A DNA stretch of 64,000 nucleotides, taken from a virus. The number at the start of each line of letters is the position of its first letter. The first letter of the stretch is position 1. Made by a program: the position numbers and the translations under genes. The stretch lies in IMG/VR virus record IMGVR_UViG_3300024274_000264; one strand, written 5' to 3'. The notes beneath the pieces were generated by a model. That model made no database searches. It was given only the letters and a program-made list of their open reading frames with translations, and had not been told where the DNA came from. Below, piece after piece: positions 1-9,455 of the stretch.

Positions 1-1
1 A

Positions 2-505
2 GAACTTTTTGTTCCTATAATTGCTGACGGCGGCTGCAAAGAAATTGGAGATTTTGCAAAAGCATTAGGAGCTGGGGCGACATTAGTTATGAGTGGAAGT
101 TTCTTTGCTGGGTGCCAAGAAACACCCCCAGTTGTTAGAGTTTTAGAAGAGATAAATTACCTTAAAGAAAAACTTAAAACTGATCACAATGATGCAACAG
201 CACTATTTCTGGAATCTTTAACTAAAACGATTGAACCAAATAAAGGTATTGTAAAATATAGGGGAATGGCGTCATTTGGTTCAATGAAACTACAAAGTGA
301 TTTATTAAATGATCCAAACATTATGATGGCAACACCAGAAGGCAAAGAAGTTGAAGTTAAAGTAAAAGGAAGTGTTAAAGAAGTTATAGCTAACATAGCT
401 GGCGGAATTCGTTCTGCTATGAGTTATACTAATTCAAGGTCAATAAAAGAGTTTCAAACAAATGTCGAGTTTGGGGTTAGACACAACTCCTCGATTTATT
501 CTTGA
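2..505 (+). CDS. guaB: IMP dehydrogenase/GMP reductase family, C-terminal part (5' truncated by window)
   Basis: Frame open from position 2: PIIADGG, ALGAGA, YRGMAS, PEGKE, GGIRSAMSY motifs. Confidence 0.85.
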   Translation, partial: ELFVPIIADGGCKEIGDFAKALGAGATLVMSGSFFAGCQETPPVVRVLEEINYLKEKLKTDHNDATALFLESLTKTIEPNKGIVKYRGMASFGSMKLQSDLLNDPNIMMATPEGKEVEVKVKGSVKEVIANIAGGIRSAMSYTNSRSIKEFQTNVEFGVRHNSSIYS

Positions 506-542
506 CATTGCCTTGGAGGTAATCATGGGTTACACATAACCT

Positions 543-1439
543 ATGTCAGTAGAAAACAAGAAAAAAGTCCTTCCAATTGTTTATTTCGAGCAAGACGGAA
601 ATAAGGAAGATTTTGCACTTAAAAAAATTTTCGAAGGAAATGTTTCGACTCTTCCAATGGAAAAAAAGAAAAACTATATTAGTTTCTCCGAACTTCTTAC
701 CTGGTATGAGTGTAAGTTTAAGCATAGATTAAAATATATTGATCAAATTCCATTAGATGGTCCTAATGAAAATACAGAATTTGGACAAATTCTTCACGAT
801 ATGTTAGAAAATTATTTGATAACAAAAAAACTTCCCGATTTTGAAGAAGAGAAAAGAAAATTAACTGAAGCATTTTCAAAACTTTCAAAATTTGAAGAAC
901 TTGAAGAAGAGCGAGAAAATTGGCAAGATGTGCTTGAACCAATAGTTTCTCAAATTCCTGAATTTATGGAAAAAACATTCCCTAATTGGGAATTTATTGC
1001 CGCAGAATATGAAATGTTTGAGCCTATTGAAAATGAAACTGGTTATTTTTTTAAAGGTTTTGTTGATGGAATTATTAAATCAAATAACAAATATTATATA
1101 ATTGACTGGAAAGGTTCCAAAGATTGGTGGGACAAATCAAAATCTACAGATCCAAAAAAATATTTACAACTTGTTCTTTATAAACATTTTTATTCTATAA
1201 AAAATAATATTCCTCTAGATCAAATAGAATGTGGATTTGTTGTTTTAAGAAGGAAAACACCAAAGTCAAATAAAGACCGTTGTTTGTTTATTCCAATAGA
1301 AGTTCAAGAAAAACAATTAAAAGAAGCCGAAGATCTTATTAAAAAGTTCTTTATTAATATAAGAAAACATTACTACACAAAAAATAGATCAAGTTGTAGA
1401 TTTTGTGTATACTATGGAACAGAATGGTGTAAAGGCTAA
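543..1439 (+). CDS. Cas4/RecB-like PD-(D/E)XK exonuclease
   Basis: SFSEL..C, FG..LH, KGFVDGI, IIDWK, QL..Y, C-terminal CRFC..C Fe-S-type cysteines. Confidence 0.85.
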   Translation: MSVENKKKVLPIVYFEQDGNKEDFALKKIFEGNVSTLPMEKKKNYISFSELLTWYECKFKHRLKYIDQIPLDGPNENTEFGQILHDMLENYLITKKLPDFEEEKRKLTEAFSKLSKFEELEEERENWQDVLEPIVSQIPEFMEKTFPNWEFIAAEYEMFEPIENETGYFFKGFVDGIIKSNNKYYIIDWKGSKDWWDKSKSTDPKKYLQLVLYKHFYSIKNNIPLDQIECGFVVLRRKTPKSNKDRCLFIPIEVQEKQLKEAEDLIKKFFINIRKHYYTKNRSSCRFCVYYGTEWCKG

Positions 1440-1833
1440 TATGAAACCAGAATATAAGCTGATATTATCAACACTAAGATATTATACACTAGCAGAGAAG
1501 ACTATTCCATTAGAAGAATATTTATTTTTTAATAAAGAAATACTTGGATCGTTAGATTTGTTTATTTTGGAACCAAAAAAATTTTTAGAACAGTTTAAAG
1601 ATAAAATCCTTTTTGCTTATGTCGTAAAGTATTTATCTGAAAAACAAATTGAACAAATTGAACAAATCAACTGCGTTGCTGGAGCCTGTGACCCAGCAGA
1701 TATGCACAAAAACACTATAAATTTTAAAAATTACTTAAAGATAGATTATTTTTCCCATCATAAAACAGATGAAGTTATTGATTATCTTTCCTCAAAAGAA
1801 GATTTATTTCTTAAAATAAAGGTAACAGAATGA
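1405..1833 (+). CDS. hypothetical protein
   Basis: ORF in coupled operon; no motif recognised. Confidence 0.55.
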   Translation: MYTMEQNGVKANMKPEYKLILSTLRYYTLAEKTIPLEEYLFFNKEILGSLDLFILEPKKFLEQFKDKILFAYVVKYLSEKQIEQIEQINCVAGACDPADMHKNTINFKNYLKIDYFSHHKTDEVIDYLSSKEDLFLKIKVTE

Positions 1834-2846
1834 AAATATCAGCTTATACAACAACAAAAGATTGCTTTGAAGGACAATATCCATTAAAAGCTTCAATCGA
1901 GTCTGTACTTCCTATTGTCGACGAGCTAATTGTTTATGATTCGTCGAGAAATAATGATGGAACTTTAAAACTTCTAAAAGAATTAGAAAAGGCAAATAAA
2001 AAAATTAAAGTAATTCATGATTCAGAACTTGATTGGAAATCGAAAAATCACGGAATCAATGATGGTATAGCAAAAGCTAATTCTAGAAAACTTTGTACTG
2101 GAACAGTATTAATTCAATTTGATATTGATGAGATTTTTCACGAAAAAGATATAAAAAAATGGAAAGATCTATGCTTCGAATTTTCGACAGGAAATATTGA
2201 AGTTTTACATTTGCCTGTTATTGAATTTTGGGGAAAGAAAAAAATAAGAATTGATATAGGTCCAACAAAAGAAAGAATAACAAAAAATCTACCCCATATA
2301 ACTCATGGAATACCTAAACAATTACGCTGGTATGATAAAGATAATTTATTGTTTTCTAAACAAGGGTCAGATGGTTGTAATTTGATTAATTCGTCAACAT
2401 TAAATCCAATCCAACAATATATGCCAAACATAGATTTCTATTGGAATTTAAGACAAAGCTCATTGTATAATGAAGATGATTTAGAAACATATGAGAAATT
2501 GTATAAAAAATATGTTATAAACCACGAAAAATATCCATGTGTTTATCATTATTCGTGGTTTAATATTGAAAGAAAACTTCAAACATATAAAAATTTTTGG
2601 GCAAACTCGTGGTCTTCACTTTATGGAGAAAACTCAGAAAAAACAAATCCTATGTTTCCAAATTTAAAAAATTCTGAGGTTACATCAGAAATGATAAAAT
2701 CTTACGCACAAGAAATAGAAGAAAAAACCGCGGGATGGATTTTTCATCAACCCTGGGATGGGAGTTCGGTTTTCGGATTGACTCCAGAAAATATAGGAGT
2801 TATCCATCCAACTTATATAAAGTCATGGATAGAAGCATCAGAATAG
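1830..2846 (+). CDS. glycosyltransferase (GT2/GT-A fold)
   Basis: ISAYT...SIESVLPIVDELIVYD, FDIDE (DxD) motif. Confidence 0.8.
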   Translation: MKISAYTTTKDCFEGQYPLKASIESVLPIVDELIVYDSSRNNDGTLKLLKELEKANKKIKVIHDSELDWKSKNHGINDGIAKANSRKLCTGTVLIQFDIDEIFHEKDIKKWKDLCFEFSTGNIEVLHLPVIEFWGKKKIRIDIGPTKERITKNLPHITHGIPKQLRWYDKDNLLFSKQGSDGCNLINSSTLNPIQQYMPNIDFYWNLRQSSLYNEDDLETYEKLYKKYVINHEKYPCVYHYSWFNIERKLQTYKNFWANSWSSLYGENSEKTNPMFPNLKNSEVTSEMIKSYAQEIEEKTAGWIFHQPWDGSSVFGLTPENIGVIHPTYIKSWIEASE

Positions 2847-3613
2847 CAACAATCATTCCTGTTTATAATGCAAAGCAATATATAGTAGAATGTATAAAAT
2901 CTGTTTTTTATCAAAAATTAGATCCAAATATCACAAATAAAATTTTTATTATTTACAATAATCCAACAGATGGAACCGAAATCGAATTATATTCTAAATT
3001 TTTGCAAAATTTAGAATCAGAAAAGATTAAGGAATCTTTTTTAATAAAAAATCAAATTGAATTTCAAGGAATTCCACAAACTAGAAATTTCGGATTTCAA
3101 TGTGTTTTTCATGAGGAAATCCAAAATGAAATAAAATATGACTTTATTGCAAATCAAGATGCTGACGATATTTGGATAGACGAATATAAATTGCAAAAAC
3201 AAGTATCTTTCTTACAGTCAAATAAAGAGATAGATATCTTAGGTACTCAATACATAGGAAGACATAAAAATGTTCAAACTAAACCTAAAGATTATATTCT
3301 ATTAGAAAGAAGACCTTTAGATCACGACGAATGTCTTTATTGGCTATTTAATGGATTAAATCCGATTGGAAATGCTTCTGTTTTATTTCGAAGAAATGTT
3401 GTAAGTAAAATTGGAATGTATGATGATATATTTCCTCTAACAGAAGATATGTGGTTCTGGTATAGAGCTGCTCTTGCTGGTTTAAAATTTTCAAATCTTG
3501 AAGATGATTGTCTGTTATATAACATGGGAAGTAATCCCAATTATTCTCCAAAATATCCAAAACTTTTCGCTGAAATGTTTAAATCAATTCTAGAAACAAG
3601 AAAACTTAAATAA
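2735..3613 (+). CDS. glycosyltransferase family 2 (true start probably near 2824)
   Basis: IIPVYNA, RN.G, QDADD, KLQKQ, EDMWFW. Confidence 0.85.
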   Translation: MDFSSTLGWEFGFRIDSRKYRSYPSNLYKVMDRSIRIATIIPVYNAKQYIVECIKSVFYQKLDPNITNKIFIIYNNPTDGTEIELYSKFLQNLESEKIKESFLIKNQIEFQGIPQTRNFGFQCVFHEEIQNEIKYDFIANQDADDIWIDEYKLQKQVSFLQSNKEIDILGTQYIGRHKNVQTKPKDYILLERRPLDHDECLYWLFNGLNPIGNASVLFRRNVVSKIGMYDDIFPLTEDMWFWYRAALAGLKFSNLEDDCLLYNMGSNPNYSPKYPKLFAEMFKSILETRKLK

Positions 3614-4641
3614 TGTTTACACTTTTAAAAATAGTACGTCACCCAATAGCAGATAAAATACAAACAATTTGTGACCAGTTGAATCTCGATTCAGATTTAG
3701 AGGTTGAAGATTTTTTAGAAAAAAATAAAAACATTAGCTCAATTTTAAAAAAAATTGAGACATTCGAAAACGCAAATTTCTATTATCAAAAGATCTTTAA
3801 AAGATCTAATTTCATATTAGATAATTTAGAATCATCAGAAGATTATCTGAATCTTGAAAATTTAAAAGATTTGTTAGAAGAATATAAAACTACTGGTGAT
3901 AAGCGAAATTTTCATATAATCGAGTCATTTTTACCAAAAACAGAAATTGCTTCCTATGACAGAATAACTTCTATTACTGGAAGGCAAAAAGTAATAAATG
4001 GTCCACAAATTTTAACTTTAAAAAAGGATGATCGAAAAAAAATTTTTAAAGATAAAAATCTCTACATGATAGACTTTTCGGCGCTAGAACCTTCGCTGCT
4101 TTTTCAAATTTTAGGATATGATGAATTAAACTATCAGGACCTTTATTTTTCAATAAAAACTAAATTAGGATTGAAATTTATAGAAAGAAGTGATATAAAA
4201 TCAGCGGTATTAAAAATTCTTTATGGTTCAAATATTGATCACATCAAAGAGATTAACCACGCTGAAAGTGAATTACTAGAAAATTTTCTTTTAAATGAAA
4301 AGTTTTTAAATTTTAAAAATGAATTATTGAATGCTTTATATGAGCAAGGACAGCTGTACAATCTTTTTGGAAAACCACTACTTTCTAAAGAACAAGCAGT
4401 TGAGGCAAATTTTCAACCTTATATGGTTGTAAATTATTACATTCAAAGTTCTGCCGCAGATTTATCACTTTTATTATTAAGTGATTTTTATAAAGACAAT
4501 ATGGATCATATCAATCCATTATTTGTAATTCATGATGCTTTACTTTTTTATGCTAAACCAAGTTTTAGTGTGGAAAATAATCTAAAATTAAGTTTTGAAA
4601 AATATAATATTTTCGCGAAAATTACTCGCGCAAACGAGTAA
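3613..4641 (+). CDS. short family A DNA polymerase-like protein (polymerase domain only)
   Basis: TGR, motif A DFSALEP, motif B K...LKILYG, NYYIQSSAAD, motif C IHDAL; no exonuclease domains. Confidence 0.75.
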   Translation: MFTLLKIVRHPIADKIQTICDQLNLDSDLEVEDFLEKNKNISSILKKIETFENANFYYQKIFKRSNFILDNLESSEDYLNLENLKDLLEEYKTTGDKRNFHIIESFLPKTEIASYDRITSITGRQKVINGPQILTLKKDDRKKIFKDKNLYMIDFSALEPSLLFQILGYDELNYQDLYFSIKTKLGLKFIERSDIKSAVLKILYGSNIDHIKEINHAESELLENFLLNEKFLNFKNELLNALYEQGQLYNLFGKPLLSKEQAVEANFQPYMVVNYYIQSSAADLSLLLLSDFYKDNMDHINPLFVIHDALLFYAKPSFSVENNLKLSFEKYNIFAKITRANE

Positions 4642-4764
4642 AAAGTATTCGAAAATACTAATTATAGGCACAGTCTCACCAGTCCGACACCAGTCATTAT
4701 TTTCACTTATTGATGACCAAAAATTCGAGGACTAGATTACACAGACACAAGGAAAAAAATAAAA

Positions 4765-5661
4765 ATGGCTCAACCAAAATATCTACAAGCAATCAAAGAT
4801 AAACTAACACCAAAACCACAATACACAAAAAAAGAATTTGTACCCGCTTATCCAACATGGAAACCTGAAATTGGGAAAACGTATAAAGTAAGATTTATAC
4901 AACCAACAGATAATGTTACAGATGAACCTTTCTATGAAATTTTATTTTATAGAAATCTCGAAGCGAATAAACGATTTGTTGCTCCATATCAGTTTGGTTT
5001 ACCTGACTCTGTAAAAGAAGAATATGATGCAATTCGAAGAGATAATTGGGATGTTGCAAAAAACTTAAAAGCAAATGAAACCTATTTTTCTCTTCTTTTA
5101 GATAGAGGAAATGAAGCGGCAGGAATTCAAGTTTTTGAATTTTCAAAAGAAATAAGAGATCAAATCTATAACGCTTTACAATCTGAAGATTATCAAGATA
5201 AAGATGTTTTTGATCCTGTTGATGGATACGACTTTGAAATCAAAGTGTTTCCAAAAACAGACAACTCTGGAAAACCCAAACTTTGGAATGGAAAACAAGT
5301 AAGAGGTTATTCTTTTCAATTGAGAATAAGCCCTTCGCCACTAGCGAAAACGCCAGAAGAAAGAACTAAACTTATAGAATCTGCTCCAAAAATTTTGGAA
5401 ATTCAAAAAGGATTTGTTAAATCTCCTGAAAACTTAAGAAAAGTATTGGATGCATTCTACGAAGCTAAAAACATGGAAGTTAATCCTGCTGAACCTCAAG
5501 CTTCTTCTGAAGTTTTGTCGGAAGGAGTTGTTATGGAAACAGATGATGAAAAAACACAGAAATTTTCTGCTTCAACTTCAGCCACATCAACAAGTGCGGC
5601 AATAGCAAAATTGAATGCACTAAAAGCTAAAGCTGGAATTAAAAAAGACGCATCAGCTTAA
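4765..5661 (+). CDS. single-stranded DNA-binding protein (gp32-like)
   Basis: VRF.P, GIQVFEF, FDPVDGYDF, acidic low-complexity tail; adjacent to recA. Confidence 0.7.
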   Translation: MAQPKYLQAIKDKLTPKPQYTKKEFVPAYPTWKPEIGKTYKVRFIQPTDNVTDEPFYEILFYRNLEANKRFVAPYQFGLPDSVKEEYDAIRRDNWDVAKNLKANETYFSLLLDRGNEAAGIQVFEFSKEIRDQIYNALQSEDYQDKDVFDPVDGYDFEIKVFPKTDNSGKPKLWNGKQVRGYSFQLRISPSPLAKTPEERTKLIESAPKILEIQKGFVKSPENLRKVLDAFYEAKNMEVNPAEPQASSEVLSEGVVMETDDEKTQKFSASTSATSTSAAIAKLNALKAKAGIKKDASA

Positions 5662-5686
5662 CCAAAAACCTATTTAAGGTTTTTTG

Positions 5687-5720
5687 AAGCCAAGTACTAA
5701 AAATACTTGGCTTTATTTTT
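5687..5720 (+). terminator. intrinsic terminator after SSB gene
   Basis: AAGCCAAGTA-ctaaaaa-TACTTGGCTT hairpin followed by a T-rich tract. Confidence 0.75.
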
Positions 5721-5766
5721 GTCTATTGTAAAATAATCCAAAGGAACAATAATAGAAGATAGAAAA

Positions 5767-6552
5767 ATGGCAAACATTAAAAAAGGCAACAAACAAGAAG
5801 TATCGCTTACTCCCAAAACCACAAATTTACTAGAGCCTCAAGAGCAAGCCTCTTCCAAAAGAATGGCAATTATTTCTGGAATCACTAAAGAAATAAACAA
5901 AACCCGCGGAGAAAAGATTGCTTATAATCTTAAAACAGATGACGATGCACCAACTAATGTAAAAAATTGGTTCTCAACATCAGCAATAAAATTAGACTAT
6001 ATTATTTCAAATAAAAGAAATGGAGGAATTCCAGAAGGAAGAATAATTGAAGTTTTTGGAGAACCTTCTTCTGGGAAATCAACTCTTGCGCAAACAATAT
6101 GCGCGCAGGCTCAAAAAAATGGGGCAATAGCAGTTTATATTGACTCTGAAAATGCAACATCTGTGGAGAATCTTGCGATGCTTGGAGTCAATACCGACGA
6201 ATTAATTTTCGTCCAAGAACAATGTATCGAAGATACATTTCAATTAATAGAACAAATAATCACCTCTGTTAAAAATCAAGATAACAATCTGCCAGTAATC
6301 ATCGTGTGGGACTCAGTAGCGGCTTCAGTTTCTAGAACCGAGTTAGAGGCAACCTACGAACAACAACAAATTGGAATCAAAGCTAGAGCTCTTAGCAAAG
6401 GTATTATGAAAGTTAATCAGATCTTGAAAGATAAAAGAGTCACACTCTTACTTGTTAATCAGACAAGACAAAAAATTGGTATCTTACATGGAGATGCTTG
6501 TGTTTCACCAGACACAAAAATTAAAATAAGAACAAAAATGTCAAATGGATGA
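5767..6552 (+). CDS. recA: RecA/UvsX N-terminal extein plus 17-aa N-intein
   Basis: GGIPEGRIIEVFGEPSSGKST, YIDSE, WDSVAA, LLVNQ.R.KIG; ends GDA|CVSPDTKIKIRTKMSNG. Confidence 0.92.
   Translation: MANIKKGNKQEVSLTPKTTNLLEPQEQASSKRMAIISGITKEINKTRGEKIAYNLKTDDDAPTNVKNWFSTSAIKLDYIISNKRNGGIPEGRIIEVFGEPSSGKSTLAQTICAQAQKNGAIAVYIDSENATSVENLAMLGVNTDELIFVQEQCIEDTFQLIEQIITSVKNQDNNLPVIIVWDSVAASVSRTELEATYEQQQIGIKARALSKGIMKVNQILKDKRVTLLLVNQTRQKIGILHGDACVSPDTKIKIRTKMSNG
6499..6549 (+). mobile_element. atypically short split-intein N fragment (RecA)
   Basis: CVSPDTKIKIR is intein block A, followed by a stop after 17 aa. Confidence 0.8.
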
Positions 6553-8431
6553 AAAAGATTATTTTAATTTCAAATTTACAATTAAGAAAAATAAACCAAT
6601 TTTTGAAATTAAACTAAAAGAAGAGTTTAAAATTTGTAAGCAAAATTATAAAGATGGGGAAATGCCGATTTCGACATCTTCTATAAGATATTTTTGTTTA
6701 TATTTCGAAAATTTACAAATAGCTGAAAAACTTTACAAGTTTTATAAATATTTTTTTAATAAAAAAAATGCCTATAAATGGTTTTTAAACAATAGATTAA
6801 TTTCAACTGAAGAGATTTCTTTTTGTGTTGAGTATTTTAAAAAAATTGAAGAGAAAATGATTTTTAATCATAAAAAAGTTATAAATTCAGAAGAATACAG
6901 AAGCACTCTAAAAAAGTCTTATAACCATGAACTTCAGTCTAAAATTAAGAAAAAATTATATCAAAATGAAGAATATAAATTAAAAGTTTATAAGGCTACT
7001 CAAAATCCTGAAGTGAAAAAAAGAAGAGTAGAATCTTATAAAAAATGGTTAACTAATGGAGGTATAGAACAATTAAAAATTGCAGCAAATAAACCAGAAA
7101 GAATAAAAAAAATTAGATATTGGTCAAAATTTTATGCGAATAAACTTCAAAGAGATCTTAATTTCCCAAAAAAATACGAACTAAATTCGTGTAAAATGAC
7201 TAAAATTGAATTTATTGTTGGAAATATTTTAAATGATTTAAAAATTAATTGGGAATATGAATCTCCATTATTGTTAGATAATAAATGGTTTTATCCTGAT
7301 TTTTCTTTAGGAAATAATTTAATAATTGAATGTTATGGAGATTATTGGCACGCAAATCCTGATAATACAAAAAGGGTAGATAAAGAAGAAGTTTGGGAAA
7401 AAGATAAAACAAGAATTGACACACTTGTAACTGATGGCTATAAAGTTCTGACACTTTGGGAATCTGAAATACTAAAACTAAAAAAAAGAGAAATACAAGA
7501 AAAAATAGAAAGATTTATAAAAATGGATATAGAAAATAACGTTTACAAAGAAGAAGAAGTTACTTTAAAAGATTTATTTGAAAGGTATGGTATTTCATCA
7601 TTTGATGAAGTCGGTATGTTGTCATTGAATGATGATATTGAAATTGAAAGTTACGATATTGTTCAAAATAAAACTGTATGGAGTAAATTAACAGATCTAG
7701 TCGTAAAACCTTCTGTTGATTCTTTTTATAGTCTAGGTTCTTTAAAAGGAACCGCAAATCATAAAGTCTGGTTTAACAATGGATGGATAGAATTAAAAGA
7801 TCATCCTGACGCTGTTAAAGTTGACGGCAAAATTGATGTTCTAGATCTTTCAGTAGAAAATACAAATTGTTACTTAGCTGAAGGTCAAATAAATCATAAT
7901 ACTACTACTCCTGGTGGTATGGCAATTCCATTTGCTGCGTCAGTTAGATTACGAGTTTATACCCCACAAAAAATCAAAGAGCTTGTCGAAAAACAAGAAA
8001 TTATAAAAGGGATTCAAGTTAGAGTAGCAACAGTTAAGAATAAAGTCGCAAGACCTTACAGACAAGCAGAGCTGCAAATTCTTTATGATAAAGGTATAAA
8101 TGATTACGAAATTCTTTTTGATGACCTCAGAGCTTTTTGTGAAACCCCAAAATATAAAGAAAATAGAGAAAAATGTGCAATAAATGGTATCTGTGCTAGT
8201 ATTTCTGGTGCAGGAGCTTGGAAAAAAATTGAATTAATTGATTGTTTAACGGGAGAAGTAAAAGGAGATAAAAGTTTTTATAAAGTAGATTTCGTTACAG
8301 TTTTTAACGATCCAAAATATAAAGAGTATATTTTAATGTTGTGTGACGGTGCCTTTATTCTAAGAGATAATGAGAAAGATGAAATTTCTGTAACAACTGG
8401 CATTCCAACTGATGAGCACAGCCTGGATTAA
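6545..8431 (+). CDS. recA: Vsr-like endonuclease fused to C-intein and RecA C-terminal extein
   Basis: YPDF..IIECYGDYWHANP..WESE, then intein GTANH...DLSVENTNCYLAEGQINHN|TTTPGGMAIPFAASVRL..KNKVARP. Confidence 0.9.
   Translation: MDEKDYFNFKFTIKKNKPIFEIKLKEEFKICKQNYKDGEMPISTSSIRYFCLYFENLQIAEKLYKFYKYFFNKKNAYKWFLNNRLISTEEISFCVEYFKKIEEKMIFNHKKVINSEEYRSTLKKSYNHELQSKIKKKLYQNEEYKLKVYKATQNPEVKKRRVESYKKWLTNGGIEQLKIAANKPERIKKIRYWSKFYANKLQRDLNFPKKYELNSCKMTKIEFIVGNILNDLKINWEYESPLLLDNKWFYPDFSLGNNLIIECYGDYWHANPDNTKRVDKEEVWEKDKTRIDTLVTDGYKVLTLWESEILKLKKREIQEKIERFIKMDIENNVYKEEEVTLKDLFERYGISSFDEVGMLSLNDDIEIESYDIVQNKTVWSKLTDLVVKPSVDSFYSLGSLKGTANHKVWFNNGWIELKDHPDAVKVDGKIDVLDLSVENTNCYLAEGQINHNTTTPGGMAIPFAASVRLRVYTPQKIKELVEKQEIIKGIQVRVATVKNKVARPYRQAELQILYDKGINDYEILFDDLRAFCETPKYKENREKCAINGICASISGAGAWKKIELIDCLTGEVKGDKSFYKVDFVTVFNDPKYKEYILMLCDGAFILRDNEKDEISVTTGIPTDEHSLD
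7523..7900 (+). mobile_element. large split-intein C fragment (RecA)
   Basis: Contains block B (GTANHKV), block F (VLDLSV) and terminal HN followed by Thr +1; begins at in-frame ATG 7523. Confidence 0.8.
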
Positions 8432-8467
8432 TTAAATATCTTGTGGCATTGTCGCGAGATATCCTAG

Positions 8468-8941
8468 TTGCTAGGATTTAGTCATCCGACGATGATAAAT
8501 ATAAAATTCATTAAAGCACTAGAAGAGGCGAGAATGCCAGTAAAAGCACGCGATGCTGATGCGGCATTCGATTTGTTTTCAGCAGAAGAATGCATATTAC
8601 TTCCTGGCGAAACAAGAGCAGTTAATACTGGGTTAAAACTTGCCGATGTGGAAATAGATGATTCCATTTCTCGATTTCTTAAAATAGAAGGACGTTCGGG
8701 GCTTGCCTTGAAAAGAATTGTTCCTTCTGGTGGTATTATTGATATCTCTTTTAGAGGAGAAATAAAATGTATTATGAACAATAATAGCAATTATGCTCAT
8801 CAATTTAAAATTGGAGATAGAATTGCTCAAATGATAATTTATACAATTTCTTCTACTGCCCAAGAAGTAAATCTTTCTTTTACAGAAACTGCAACAGAAA
8901 CGACAAGAGGAGCAAATGGATTTGGATCAACAGGAATCTAA
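8468..8941 (+). CDS. dut: dUTPase
   Basis: AAFDL, RSGLA, GIID..FRGEI, GDRIAQ, RGANGFGSTG. Confidence 0.95.
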   Translation: MLGFSHPTMINIKFIKALEEARMPVKARDADAAFDLFSAEECILLPGETRAVNTGLKLADVEIDDSISRFLKIEGRSGLALKRIVPSGGIIDISFRGEIKCIMNNNSNYAHQFKIGDRIAQMIIYTISSTAQEVNLSFTETATETTRGANGFGSTGI

Positions 8942-9440
8942 AATTAATAAAACTCAAGTTTTACCATTTGATATTTTAGTATCGGAAAAAAATAGCAATT
9001 TAAACAAAAATTCATTTATAGGTGATAGTTTTAGGTTTCTCTTTACAAGAGAAGAAAAAACTTTATCAGTAAGATTTTGTGGGTTAAAAGGTAAAGATGA
9101 AGTTTTCTTCAAAAACTTTTTTGAAGAAAATAAAAATTTATCCATGAAAGATATGTTTACAAAATATCAAATTTCGATTACGGATTTTCAAAATCAAGTG
9201 GTAAACCCAGTACTCGATGCACTTTTTCGAATTTTGGTATTAAAATTTAATGTCGTAAATAATGATTTTGATCGCAATGACTTGCAACAAAAAATTATTG
9301 TGTTGTTAACGGTTTATCAGGCTTTTTTGCAAAAAGAAAAGATATATGAAGATTTAGCGACGCATAAAACCGCAGGTCACTTGTTTAGAGATAAAATATA
9401 TCCAAGTGTATTTTCTGATACAGGTACAGTTTCCAATTGA
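8916..9440 (+). CDS. hypothetical protein
   Basis: ORF filling the operon gap; no motif. Confidence 0.55.
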   Translation: MDLDQQESKINKTQVLPFDILVSEKNSNLNKNSFIGDSFRFLFTREEKTLSVRFCGLKGKDEVFFKNFFEENKNLSMKDMFTKYQISITDFQNQVVNPVLDALFRILVLKFNVVNNDFDRNDLQQKIIVLLTVYQAFLQKEKIYEDLATHKTAGHLFRDKIYPSVFSDTGTVSN

Positions 9441-9455
9441 AAGGAAAACAAAATA

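Noticed and set aside
543-1439. Cas4-like gene as part of a CRISPR-Cas system
   Set aside because: No repeat-spacer array or other cas gene seen; stand-alone Cas4-like nucleases are common in phage replication modules
6545-7522. Group I intron carrying the endonuclease in recA
   Set aside because: The ORFs overlap, leaving no non-coding room for a ribozyme core; intein motifs explain the junctions
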